From Spirogloea muscicola (taxonomy: Eukaryota), in NCBI GenBank assembly GCA_009602725.1, contig WELB01000022.1, positions 157,708 through 210,550 on the forward strand: DNA of 52,843 nucleotides, read 5' to 3'. Under the pieces are notes generated by a model. It saw only the letters and a list, made by a program, of their open reading frames with translations, was not told where the DNA came from and made no database searches. Shown piece after piece: positions 37,501-50,611 of the stretch. Positions within the stretch are counted from its first letter, which is position 1. Each line of letters opens with the position of its first letter. The position numbers and the translations under genes were made by a program.

Positions 37501-40500
37501 GACCGAAGCAGGCAGATTTGTGACAGAGGAGGTGAGTGACTCTCTGTTTCATACATCCACTGGCTTTCTGCTGCTGATTCGATCTGTCAACATACACGAA
37601 GTCATGCTTGTGGATTGATAATCTAAGGGCCATGATGGACACGTAAGGTCTTCAGGGCTTTGACTCTCAGCTGAAGCAGCCAGCTTGAATGCGCCCCTCT
37701 TGGCAGGCATTTGAGTACCAAGCACGAGGGAGGGAGGCAATTTTTGTTGACAGCCCGGCCCCTGACACATCCTCAAGCACAGTGGGCGTCAACTCAAAGT
37801 CAAGGAGTGATGTCCACCTGCCGCCTGATGGAAGCTGGTCCTGGTTGTCACCGTGGCAACTGGCACCCCTTGACGGTACGAGGGGATGTTCACCAACTCA
37901 CAGCTGCACAATATTGGACGTATCAGCATCTAGGAGTAGCTTGCAGTATCTGGATACCATACGGAATGCATATGGATAGGAGCAACCAGGCTGCAGGCGG
38001 GTAACGTGCATATTGATAGGTCCAGGTGCCTACAATAGGAACATCTTAGATTCAGTAGTCAAGCCTCATGACTTTGTGGCCCTTTCAAGATAGTCACATC
38101 ACGCAGTGAGGCGGCTGCAGAAGGAGGCAGCTGGTGTTACTGCACAGACTCGCACGGCGCAGGGCCGTGGACGGACGGGCACACTGCAGAGAGCAAGTGG
38201 AGGCGGCGGCGGTGCCTACGGAGGCGGAGTAGGAAGGAAGGGTCGACAGCGAGCAATGCAGCTACCGGGCCTGCGATGGCTGGGGCTGGGGTGGGCGACA
38301 TGGTCGTCGAGGGCATGGTCCTGATCGCAGCGCTCCTGTGCGCTTGCTTGCGTGGCGCGCGGCCTGCCTTCGCACGGCGGGCAGGCGTGGAGCTCCTCTG
38401 CGGTGCAGTGGCGGCGCAATGCCCGCCGCCGGCGCGCCTGCAGCGGGTCGTGCCGTCACTCGTGGCGCTGCTTCCTGACCCCGCTCCTCCAGTGCGCCTG
38501 GCGGCCCTCATGGGGCTCGCCAGCGTCCTGGCTGGCCTCCCGGGCCCTCTCCCTGCAGGCGATGCCCGGCTGTTCCCGGAGTACATCTTCCCGGCGCTGT
38601 CGCTGCTGCCAGTGGACCTCGAGGAGAGCCTGCGTGCAGCATGCGCCACCGCGCTCGCCAGCCTGGCGGCCTCGTCCCGCCGGCTGGCGCCGCCCGAGCC
38701 GCAGGGCGCTGCTGAGCTGGGCCAGACCCAGGAGGCTGTCGCTCGCACGGTGCAGGGACTGGCGACCGGCACCCGTGGCACGCCGGCTGTGCGCTGCGCC
38801 CTGCTGCGGCAGGTGGCGGCACTGTGCCGCTTCTTTGGGCGTCGCGGGACTGCCGACTTCCTTCTGCCGCTGCTCTCAACATTTCTCAACGACCGGGACG
38901 CTGCGACGCGCGCGGCCTTCTTCGCGTGGGCGGCCCTGCCGTTGGCGCGCACCATTGGTCCGACGGGCCTCGAGGCGTTCCTGCTGCCGCTCCTGGAACA
39001 GTCCCTGGGCGCCGGTGAGGAGCCGGCGGTCATTGCCGCCGGCCTCGCCTGCCTGGCCTCTCTCGCTTCGGCGTCCGCTTTGTCATCCGCGATGGACAAC
39101 GAGGACGCCCACAGTCCGCGGCCCGGTGCCACCAACAAGCTCAAGCTGCAGTCGAAGACGGCAGCGCCTCCCAAGGGCCAGCCCGGCCCGCTGCTGCGCA
39201 GGCGGGCGCTGCTGCGGGCCGTGGAGGCCGCGGCGCCTCTGCTGTGCTTCCCGACGCCGTGGGTGCGGCGCGGCGCAGCGGCACTGGCGGCAGCCGCCGC
39301 ACGCGCACTGAGCCCTGTGGACGCCCATGCGCTGCTGGCGCCGCTGCTCGTGCCCTTCCTCCTCCGTCGTCCCTCCTCGCTGGCCTCCGAGGCCGCGCTC
39401 CTGGCGGCCCTGCAGGCGCCCATGGCCCGGCAGGAGTTCGACCTCGCCCTCAGCACCGCACTCCTGGGTGGTCCAGCCGCGCCAAGCTCACCGCTGCCGT
39501 CGTCCGCTGTTGGGGCGCTCTCCTCAAAGAGCGCCGCAGCAGGGCAGGAGGGTAGGCCGCACACTCGGGCGGCGCCCAGATTCTCATCTGTGGAGAGGGA
39601 GCAAAACCCTGGCAACGGCGAGAAGCTGCGGGCGATGGAGAGCTACATCCGTGGCTCCTCGGGCGTGATGCAGGCGCGCCTGCGAGGCTGGGAGGAGGCT
39701 GAGGCCACCACCAATGGCAGCCGGCGTGGCTCCGCAAGCGCAGCACCCGCGAGAGACACGGCGGGCCATCTCGAGGCGCCTGTGTACCTCTTGCAGTCAT
39801 CCCATCAAGGTCTGGGGCAGCTCGTGTCCTCGGCATCGACGATGGCGGGGCCAGTCGGCCGTGGCAGCGGCACGGAGTGGTCGCGGTCACTCTCCTCGGC
39901 ACGGCTGGCGCCGGCTGCTGCGCACCACTCCTCGCTGTGGGCGTCGCAGCAGCTCCACCGCTCCATCGGCCTTCAGCGAGTGGCAGTGGCGCCGCTCACT
40001 GGGGCCGGTGCCAGTGCAGCCGCACTCAAAGAGCACACCATGGTGGAGGAGGAGGCTGCTGCTTCAGATGTGAAGAGCGATGAGGGCGTGTCTGCCAAAG
40101 TAAGCGGCAGCAAGGATGGCCTGAGGCCCGCTGCCGACAAGGAGGCTGCTGAGCCTGCCACACGGCGCGTCGGAGCTGGAGACGTTTTCGAAGTCGCTGT
40201 CGCCAAGGACGCCGGCGGCGGCGCCTGGCAGCCCCGCGGCGTGCTGGTGGCACATCTGCAAGAGCATGGAGGGCCCGTGTGCGAAGTTGCAGCAGCGGAC
40301 GGGTGCCCCTTCTTTGCGTCGGCCTCCACCGATGGCACGGTGCGTGTGTGGGACTGCCGCCGCCTGGAGCGCGACGTCTCTTTTCGAAGCCGGCTGACAT
40401 ACGCGGGATTCGTGGGCGAGCCCGGCGCTGGCGTTGCGTGCATTGACATGCTCGGCGACCACGAAGTTGCGGCAGCGGGCGGCCGAGGGGAGGTCCACAC

Positions 40501-42329
40501 ATTCCACGTGGACTATGTCCCACGGCAGGCCGGCAGCGCCGAGAAGTACGTCGGGCTGTCAGACGTTCGCCGTGTGGCGTCGGCGGAAGACGGGGCGGTT
40601 CTGGCCCTGCAAGCAATTGCAGGGGCTGGGGCCACGTCGCTCCTGCTTTACAGCACGGTGCGGGGCGGCATGCACCTCCTGGACCTGCGCCAGCGCAGGG
40701 TAGCGTGGGCCCTCCGGCAGCGGCCAGCACACGGCCTGCTGACAGCGGTCGCAGCTGACCCGGCAAACTCGGGGGCCTGGCTCGTCTCGGCGACATCGCG
40801 CGGCATCCTGGCTCTGTGGGACCTGCGCTTCCAAATTCCAGTGCATGCGTGGCGGCACCCGTCGGGCCTCCCAGTGGAAGCCCTGGCGCCCCTCAAGACC
40901 GCCGCCGGACGCCCACTGGTCTATGCCGCGGCCGGCTGCCACGAAGCGGCACTCTGGAGCGCTGAGGATGGCAGTTGCCAGCTGGTCAGAGCCGCCACAT
41001 GAGGACAACCCGGCATCCATATGACATGGATAAGACTGGACTTAGGAGATTATTATTCACTGCACTGAGTGATTCTGTGCAGCAGTGCTTGTCAGCCTCC
41101 TCATTCTCAAGCATGCTTGCTGCACAGACAGAAATCTTAGTGCAAGATGCTTCAGCTGCCATGATGCAATCTGTCCTTTTGCTACCCCCTGCAGGTGCTC
41201 AGAGTGGAGTCAGATCCAAAGGCAAACGCTCAGGTCCCGGCTGCTTTGCTGGAGCCCCAGCCCGGTGCTGCAGCCCCCACCTTGGCCAGCCTTTACAGCC
41301 GGTCGTCTTCGGCGCCCTCCTTCTCTGGCCATGGCATCGAGGAGCTCAACAATCCTCCTACCAGACAACCAGGCTTTCGTGCCATGCTTCCCATTGCAGG
41401 AGGCAACCGCGTGTTGACAGGTGGTACAGATTGCTGCATCAGATTATGGGACGGAGCAAGGTGAGGACAAGTGTTGCAGCAGCCAATCTACCCTGCAATG
41501 AGCTGAGAAGTCACCATGACAAATGGTTGCTGCGACCTGCTGAGGCAACTGGCCAGAACGTGCTGAGTCTCAAGGAGGCTGGGCATGCATCTTCTGCTTT
41601 CTGCACTGTTTGCTACTCAAAGTAACCTTGACACAGCCATGTCGGGCTTTGCAACCTGTGGACCATCCAAAAACTGAAAGATTTGAGCATCTGTTGACTG
41701 GCAGGGCGGACAGTAGTTACTGGGTTTGTGGCCCCATGCGGCAGGAGCACAAGAACAAGGCTCCCGGCTGCTTGTCACAAACCATCTCCGGGGTCACCGT
41801 GATGCAGGTCAGTACCAGGGTGGCGCAGACCGATGACCATCAGCAGAGGGCTCAATGATGTTCCAATTCATGACTCAGTTCTGGGGAAAACCTGGCACCT
41901 GTCACATCTCTGAGACCTCGGAGGCCTCACCCTCTCCTCTTCCTCATCTGCTCGGCATCGTCCTCAGAGTGCTGCTCTGAGTTGCTTGGAGAGCTTAGAT
42001 CGAGCCCCCGCTTTACCCCCTTCTAGACACTTTGGTCCAGCGCTACTTCAGCGTCACTTGTGTAGCTGAGGCTCTGGTCCTGCTCTGTCCTCTGAGCTAC
42101 TAAAATCTCTGAGTTAACACGATGCAAGATTGACTTGGAGTACTCTCCACTGATACTTGTTCAGGAACCCTTGCTGAACTCGGGCTCCGGCGTGAGCGCC
42201 CTCGCGGCTGCAGCAGTCGACAGGGCCGGATGCCACAGGGACGCCGTTTTGACATTAGCAACCGCTCAGGTCAGCCAGAAGCTGCTCATCTCCGGCAGCC
42301 GAGATGGGGCCATCAAGGTCTGGAGGTGA
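34519..42329 (+). CDS. VPS15: VPS15 / PIK3R4 (kinase domain, HEAT repeats, WD40); multi-exon
   Basis: Myristoylation-type start [143 protein letters not shown] at 42329. Confidence 0.96.
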
Positions 42330-43259
42330 CAGTCCGCCGCAGTCGAAGAAGCGTGCCAGTCTTGCAGGTGCTGAGAGTACGACTACGGAGCCCCCACCAT
42401 TCCTACCCGGGCAAAAGCCCGTCATATAGACTTACTCATTCAGGTGAGCCCCACTGGTGCATCCACTGTCCCACTGGTAGCTGTCGATGGGGGTTACTGA
42501 GGGCGCCAGGCTCTTCTCAGGTGTTTAGGCTGTCCTCCCTTGATCGACTTGTGCATGGCTGTCTACAGCCAGCAAGTCAAAGCGATGGACACATTATTCT
42601 TTGCTATCCTCTGAATCAAGGTAGTCCTTCACAGTTGGCGGTATGCCTTCTACCAGAATGAGGCTGCAATTGCAGCCGATGCTTGTCAACTCAAACCCAT
42701 TTGACGTTGCCGTTCAAGTACACCCTGGCTCCATTGGTGCAATGTAGGACGGCTCGATGTAGAGGGAATTGACCGACAAGGAGCAGCATGGCTTCTAAGT
42801 TAAGCAGGTGGCTTCTGCTCAATGTGACAGAAGCAAGTGCAGAGGCTGCCTGCTGCTACCACGAGCTCCTCCATGTCATCCTTTGGTAGCCCATAGCAAT
42901 CACCATGGTGCTCAGGACAAAGCGCCACTAGCGCTGCAGGCGCAGGGCACTGTATCATGTGACAGCCATGCAGTTGCCAGGATGCAAGGTACGAGCACGC
43001 GCAGGCATTGGCTCTGCATGGCCGTGGGGTGGCGTGCGCGCCAAGAGTGCAGGCGGCGCCCATGTCTGCATGCGAAAGGATGGGCTTTACCTGCTGCGGA
43101 GGGGCTGAGAAAGCAAGCTCGATTGTGGGAACAAGAGAGAGGGGCCTTGATGGGAATCTGGAAGCGATGCACACCGGTGGCGATGGCATGTCATAGCCAT
43201 CAGTGATCACCGGCTCCACCAAGCCCTGTGCTTGCAGCTCGCCAAGGAAGCAGGGCGCC

Positions 43260-44960
43260 AGAGGGAGAAGGCGCACGGTGTGCATAAAATGAAAGGTTGG
43301 CCAACTTAAGCCAATACACTGTTCAGGCAAAAGCTAGTGCATGAAGTGGGGCTACATGAGACGAGCCCTATTACAGGGTGGCTAAGGTGATAGAGTGACG
43401 TGAATACCCACAAGGTTATACATACAAATTTGACAGGCTGATGTATTGAGCTGGAGCACCGCCTCGGGCTAGGGCCTGACTTAGAGAGTGTGACAGCGAC
43501 GGCCAGCCCGGAGCGAGTCCAGAAGCACCAGAACAAAGAAATAGCTCTTCCAAAATATGTAGCAGTGGCTGTGAAAGGCCACCAGAAGGAATGTACTATT
43601 TATGAAAAAACCGGGCAGCGCAAAAAAGCAGGACACCATCCTCCAAGACGTCAGCAAGTGGGCGCTCAGTAACCTCTAGTCATTAAGTGCATATCAGAAT
43701 GAGTAGAGGGCGGAATAGCGTCACACTATTGGAGAAGAAAGGGAGAGAGGAGAGAGAAGAAAACAAGACTTCTCCACTAGAGAACAGCTCTTCCAATTTA
43801 CGGCAATGGCTATGAGAGGCCAGCCCATTAATGTACAAGGTCTGAGGGCGTATGTCTGAGGGAATAGAGGGTGATAGCTGTGAGGGGCCAGCCCAGACAA
43901 ACGAATGAACGAAGTTCGAAGGGGCCAGAAAGATGAACGACAGCGTAGAAGAAGAAATGGCATTCCCAATGGGGGCGTAGAATGTGCTCGCCCATAGAGA
44001 AGAGTGGCTGGCAAAGCCAGCCAAAAAGAATGGACAATATAGTAGAAGAGGACAAGAAGTGGCTCTTCCGGAGATGTGAGCTACTCCAAAAGAAAAGCGC
44101 GGCCGAATTGACTGGTGGCTGGGAGAAGCCAGCCCAAAAGGAATGGACAAGGTCAAGAGAGCCGAATGGCGCAGAAAGCAGGGGACTAAGTGCTAAGACG
44201 TCAAGGAGGCTCTCAGTATCGAATGCGCCTGGCCGTCTCGCTGCAGAGGTCCATGGCCCGGGCGCTGCACCTTCGTGCCACGCGCGGGCTGGCCGTGCTA
44301 TGGCTGCTGCTTCCGGGTCTCGGCAAAGTGCCGCTTCTCCTGCTCCGAGTTACTCTGATCTGCTGTTGCTCACACGTGGATACTGAGCAGCCATCTGCAT
44401 CTCCCTCTGCACCATCTTGCACTTTGTAGTGTAGTCCTTTTTCAGCACCTCTTTCTTTGGCTTTGAACATTGTCCATTCTTTTTGGGTTGGCTTTGCCAG
44501 CCCCTCTTCTCAATGGGCGAGCACCTTCTTCGTGCCGGCAGAGCCCTCGCTGCTGCCTCTGGCTCTGGCCAGGGGACCCACTTCCAGGAGCCCAGCATCT
44601 CTGATCTGCGGCTGCTTAGCAGGGGTTACTGAGTGTCTCGTAGCAGCTTTGTTTCTGTTACTTAGCGCTTCCCCTGGCCCCCTTCTCGTACTCTGTTCAT
44701 TCTTTTTCGGGCTGGTTGTTCCAGCCCCTATTCTCAATATTCTCAATGGGCGAGCACTTTCTTCTCAGTAAGCTTTAGTCAGCAAGTGCAGGTCAGAATA
44801 GCTAGGAGAGAAGGCGCGCGGTGCGCATGAAATTGAGCTAGGGGGCGAAGGGCTGAAACGACGTGCGGCGACAGCCCAGGAGAATTGGACAAGGCCCAAA
44901 GGGCCGAAAGGCACTGGAAACCCACAAGCCATGCAGGTGGGTTCATCGAGCGGCTGCAAG
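43260..44960. mobile_element. Stack C: further fragments of the same RLE retrotransposon family
   Basis: Approximate fragments: 43260-43420(-), 43480-43725(-, MHLMTRGY-stop), 43760-44215(-, several UTR modules), 44214-44530(+, YRMRLAVSLQRSMA..LTRGY-stop), 44527-44764(+, close relative of 10715-10961), 44765-44805(-, DLHLLTKAY-stop), 44805-44960(-). Confidence 0.85.
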
Positions 44961-45188
44961 GAACGGGAGGCCAAGCCGAGCCAGCACGCCGCTCACGCAG
45001 ACGGCAAAGAGGAGCGGCTCTCCCAATGAAAGGCAGTGGTGGCATGGGAAACGGAGGCGAGGCTGGGAGGAGGCAGTTGCCATCGCCCCCCCGCCGGCGA
45101 GCCCGCCGACGGCGCCCCGCGGCGGCGCCGCGGCGGCATGGCCACGGGGAGGAGGCGCGCCTGTGGGTGGACGTCTGCCACGCCGGCC

Positions 45189-48100
45189 ATGGCGGCGGCG
45201 TCGGCGGCGGCGGCGGCTGCGAGGGGCCCCTGGATCGCACCTGCCGCCGATGGCCAGCGGCGATGCCCGGGCCGGGCGCGACGTTGATCGCGCGGTCCCG
45301 CTGCCGCCATCGCAGGCCACCAGCGGGCCGTGCAACACCGCCAAGCCGTGGGGCTGGAGCGTGGTGGAGAGCGCCAAGTGGCAGAGGTGGGCGCGAGTGT
45401 GCAGGGCGACGAGTGACTTGCCTGGTCCTCTCAATAGTGGAAACGAGGGATCTTGTTTGAAGACCGTGGGAATGGCGGCAATGTTGTGATATACGGTGAT
45501 GAGGATGGAACAGAAGCAGGACGAAGGCGTTGATAGAGGCACCCTCTATTGCCTCAGCAAATGCTGTTATCAGGAAAGGCTTGGATGCAGAAAGGAGTAA
45601 GGGGATATCCGGTCATGACTTGGTGTGTAATGTGCCCGAAGAGGACGAGGGCCTCTTCCAACGAGGCCCGAGTCCAGTTGAGGCACACCTGACTTGTCCC
45701 TGTCTGCTACTGCGCGCTCTCCCTGGCGCAGCTGGAAGAACCTGGGCAACATGCCTCCGGTGGAGGCGATGAGGCTCTTCGTTCGGACGCTGGAGGTGAG
45801 CAATCCAAGCAGCATGCAGCGCAATCCAAGCAGCATGCAGCGCAATCCAAGCAGCATGCAGCGCAAGTGGACTGGCTGAAGGCATCTGATCGCAAAGACC
45901 AGTGACCTTTGCATCAGGCCGCTGCAAAGCAGCTCCATTGCAACTCTGAGCATCACTCAGAAGAGCTGGAGTGCCTGGCAGGAGGAGGATCCTGACTGGT
46001 GGCAGCGCTCACTGGAAGAGGCGCAGCAGGCAAAGGTGAGACGATCTTTTCTCAGTGTGAAATGGATGAGAATAAGTTGTTGCTTCAGGTGTGCGGCCCT
46101 GTTTTGAACAACCACGGCGGCTTTTCTCGGAGAGCCTTGCTGCCGTGCTTCTTCTCCTGTTCCTCGAGGATTGCTTCTGGCGGCAGGAGCAGTGCTGCTC
46201 CACCTAAGCCCCTCCCTGCTCTTCCAGTCTCAGGCTGTTGACAGCCAGGCTGCCCCTGCGGAGGTTCCGGGGTCCCCAACGGTCAACGGCATGCATCCAC
46301 CCGCAGAAGCACCTGCCCTGGCAAAGGAGCTCACGAGCTTAGCACATTCTGACGAGTGGCTGCTTCAAGAAGTTGTCGGTCGAAAGCCTCCTCCTCGATA
46401 CCAGGTGCTCTTTCTCATGCGCATTTGCCGAGTCATTTTGTGGTCTGTCGCTTACGGCCTGGTTAGCTCCTGCAACTATTTGGTCTTCAAGTACCATATT
46501 GGCCATGTCTTGGACGTGCTAATCGAGTTGCAATACCTCAAGCAGAATGACCAAAGCATTCAGCAAATATGTATTTGCTTCCTTGTAGCACGCGGCAACA
46601 TTACTAGGCCGGAAGATGTACGTCGTAGGGGGCAACTGCAATGGCCGGTACCTCAACGACGTCCAGGTGCAGTCTGCCACTCCTGCAGGCCATTTGATAG
46701 GCTAGCCAAATTCTAAGCTGGCAGACAATGTTCATCATGTAGACAGACAGAAACATCACAGTTGCATGTTGTCCCTCACACCGTGGTGCCTTCACTCCCT
46801 TTTTAATAGAGCGTGTGCTCAATGTATAGGCCAATGAACCACAGTTGTCTGCTCTTTGCCATGTGACAGATTTTGGACCTCTCCTCTCTGACTTGGTCAA
46901 AGGCAGACTACAAGCCATCGACCGCATCTTTGCCACCACCTATCCCCTTGCCATCTTCGCTTCCCCCTGCTCCTCCTCCTCTTCCACCATGCGCTGGCCA
47001 CAGCTTGGTACGTCTCATGTACAGCTGGTCAGGTTAACGCAGAAGTGAAAGCAGGGTTCAAGGTTCCTGGCAGATAGTCAACGACCTTTGACCAGACAAG
47101 GCTGCTGTTTATTGCAAGCCACTCCATTGATGTAAGAGAGCTCTGGCTGATGGCTGTACCAGATTACCTGGGGCAGGACCTTGTTAGTCATCGGTGGCCA
47201 CACCAAAGACCCTTCTCAGACGGTTACAGGTGCTAAGATGTCAACCTAAGCAATGATGTCAACCCTTGACCCACACCCCGTGTTCCTGTGCAGTTCCCAT
47301 TTAATCTGCTCACTTGTTTTCCCGTTGATGGCCTTGCTCGGATATTGTCCCCCTCATGCTTAGGTGACGGGAAAGCTCTGCTTAGTAGCTTCAGAGAGTC
47401 TCATGCAGAAGTTGCTGTTCATTGGATATGCATGTGCAGTACGTGCTTTCGACACAGAAGCCCTGTCTTGGTCAGAGCTGACCCCTGGTGGCGACATTCC
47501 GGTGAGTTTCAACAAGATTTGCTGATCTTCACTTGAATGAGCTGTTGCATGGCAGATGACAAGATTGGGTTTCTGATCACCACATTGATTGTAGGTGGCA
47601 AGAGGTGGCCAGTCTGTGACCCGCGCTGGCAGCAGCCTGGTCATGTTTGGTGGGGAGGACTCAAGACGACGATTGCTGAATGACGTCCACAATCTCAACC
47701 TGAACACAATGACGTGGAGTACTGTAGATACAAAGTATGAGCTCTATTGCAGCCTTGCTTGAGAGCTGCCGCATGTGGGTGTGTGGCTGCCTCCATTGTC
47801 TTCCTTGAGAGGATTATGAGCGCAGCTATCGATAGCTGATGCGCAGAGATCTGCACGTCTTTCCTTGCAGAGGCACAAGACCTCCTCCTCGATCAGATCA
47901 TGCTGCAACGCTGCACAATGACCGATACCTCCTTGTTTTTGGAGGCGGCTCCCATTCCAACTGCTACAATGACTTGCATATTCTGGACCTGGAGACGGTA
48001 AGAGTTTGATGATGCCATGCTTCAATTGGACATGCTCGTGACCTGCGCTTACTGGATGTGACATGTCGTTATTGATGGGTCGGGTACTGAGAGCACCTCA

Positions 48101-50611
48101 GTGTAAGCCCATCTGCCTGCATCTCTCAGATGGAGTGGTCACAGCCACAACAGGATGGTGCGCTGCCTTCACCGAGGGCCGGTCACGCTGGCATTAAAGT
48201 GGATGACAAGTGGTACGTCATTGGTGGTGGCGACAATAAGAGTGGTAGGTCTCGCCACCAATAGAAGCAAAAGTTGACTGAAGATTGAAGCAAGTAAAGC
48301 AAGGTCATTATGAGGCATGGACGTACATGAGGCAGAGCACGTCCTGAGCTCAGCACTTGCTCGACGAGCCAGGTGTGGCTGGTACTGCAGTGCTCGACCT
48401 CACATCAATGCAGTGGTCAAAAGTCACAGTTCCGAATCCCAAGAGTGCAATTGCAAGCGAGGTAGGCTTCCGTGGTGGCCTCATAGTGTGGGTGCCAGAG
48501 TGCATGTTGCCTGGACTTAACTGTATTCATGAGTTTGCTTCTCGAATCATGAAGCTCTCTGTGTACGACACATGGGCGCAGGGTCTCAGTGTGTCATATC
48601 TGCAAGAGGATGGAGGCTACCTCATTGCATTTGGCGGCTACAACGGCCGTTATAGCAATGAAGTACGGGCACAAAGCCTGCGCTGGTGGTATTTGACATG
48701 CTGCAGATCACCTGACATGCAAGTGTATGTCAATGAGCTATCTCAGTGTGCACAGAGGGCTGGAGCTTTTATTTGATTTTGAGTTGGTGTCCTCATTGAG
48801 CAGGTGCATGTCTTCAGGCCAATTGTGCAGGCAAAGCCACCTGCAAAGATCCTAGAGTCTGCTGCTGCAGCCAAGGCTACTTCAGTAGCTGCGAGCCCGC
48901 AGCAGCAAGTCAATGGGGGGCCTGCTCAAGCAGAGCTTGGCATGTCGGCTCAAGGGCCCTTGCCGTCCAAGCCCTCAGTGTCAAGGCCACCTGTCAAGCC
49001 ACTGCCATCTGAAGCAGCCACTCCTGTGGAGGAGCCACACCAGAGAGTACACCCCTAAGACCTTGAATTCATACATCTATTTGTGCTCCTGCTCCTGCTA
49101 ATGCAGTGGGACGGAATACATGGATGATGCAGAATATGGATGCCAAGGACAGGTAGCTGTTGAGTGCATGTGATGAACGAGCACCCTCACCTTGACCAAA
49201 TATGGCAGCAATGACCCTCATTCTGACAATAAATAATCACGTGCACTTTTCTGCTGCAGCCAAGGACAGAGGAGGAGAGGCTCTATGAGGAGTTGCAGTC
49301 TTCTCAGAGGGCCAAGGAGGAAGCAGAGACTGCCTTAGCTGAGGCCCATGGCCAGCTTGTGACAGCTCAAGTTGCGACAAGTGGAGCGCAGGTCTTGTAG
49401 CCAGCATACCTCAGATCTGATGTACTCAGTGCATGAGCAGTCTAGAAAGAGGCTCGCCTTTGCTACGTCTTCTGTCAGGTCACCCTTCTTAACGGCTTCA
49501 TCAGAGCAGGTTGTGTATGCAGATGATTTACAATATAACAGCGATGTACTTGATATACTGCAGGCTGAGAATGCTCGCCTGAAAAAGGACCTTGTTGCTG
49601 CTACGTCATCCTTGGCAGAGGCAGCAAATGAACTTTCGTCAGCAAAGTCGTCACTGGCAGAGAAGGCTGACGAAGTTGCGCGCTTGAAAGAAAGGCAGGC
49701 AGAAGTTGCAAGAGAATCCGCCCTGGCAGCTGCTGCAGGTGCAGCTGAACTCTTGGGGGTTTAGCCTTGCCTACACCTTATCAACCAAGGCTTGCTGTGC
49801 TTTTGGTCTTCCTTCCTATGTCAGATGGAGCCTTCCCAGACTCCTTACTAGTAATCATTTCCTCCATAGAGACAATGCCTGCTCTTGTCTCGTACAGCAA
49901 GTCAACCAAGGGCCTGATGCAGGTGCGATGTCTGGTGTAACAGGAGCGGATGCTGCAGAAGTTGCAAAACTCAGAAAGGAACTTGCAGCTGCCAAAGCGG
50001 CTCTTGCAGACACTGAGCAGGTATCAGTAGGCACAGGTTCATTCTGCATTGCACATGCTTCAAGACCTGGTACCTGGTTAGGTTTCTCACAGCACGCTCT
50101 ACCCCGCACTTCACTCCAGGAACTCCAATCTGCTCGAGGAGCTTTGGCAGGGGAGCAGTCTCGATGCTTTCGGCTGGAGGTGAGATCAATCTGTACCTCA
50201 AATGACGCTGTGGATTTTTGAAAGTTTAGGCTTTAGGGATTAGGGTTTAGGGTTTCCTTCTTGTGCAATCTGTGACCACTGTGCTACTTCCTCTTTGATC
50301 TTGGCCTTTGCTTTGCTGGGATAGATGGAGCACTGGCGTGTACATGAAGAGCAGGGTTAAACGGCGTCCTGCCAGCTCCCCAGAAATCTCTCTTGCACTT
50401 CAGCACTGATAGTGCGACCATGCAAACACAGGTGGAGGTGGCAGAGCTCCGGCAGAAGCTGCAGGGCATGGAGGCGTTGGAGAAGGAGCTGGAGCTGCTG
50501 CAGCGGCAGAAGGCCGCCTCGGAGGAAGCGGCGGCCACGGCTGCTGCTCAGAAGAACAACCAGCCGGGCATGTGGAGTTGGTTGGCAGGAGCCCCTCCAG
50601 AGAAGGCCTAG
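45189..50611 (+). CDS. ACBP4: Acyl-CoA-binding protein with Kelch repeats and C-terminal coiled coil (class IV, ACBP4/5-like); 5' end incomplete or uncertain
   Basis: QATSGPCNTAKPWGWSVVESAKWQSWKNLGNMPPVEAMRLFVRTLEEEDPDW (C-terminal half of the ACB domain). Kelch units: MYVVGGNCNGRYLNDV, VIGGHTK, ARGGQSVT..MFGGED, PRSDH..FGGGSHS, PRAGHAG..IGGGDNKSG, AFGGYNGRYSNEV. C-terminus: LAGEQSRCFRLEVEVAELRQKLQ..GMWSWLAGAPP. Stop at 50611. Confidence 0.9.
45800..45866. repeat. Perfect 21-bp tandem repeat x3 (GCAATCCAAGCAGCATGCAGC) at the 5' end of an ACBP intron
   Basis: Three identical units begin within the GTGAG donor. Confidence 0.95.
50225..50255 (+). repeat. Interstitial plant-type telomeric repeat remnant in an ACBP intron
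   Basis: TTTAGG-C-TTTAGGG-A-TTAGGG-TTTAGGG-TTT. Confidence 0.75.
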
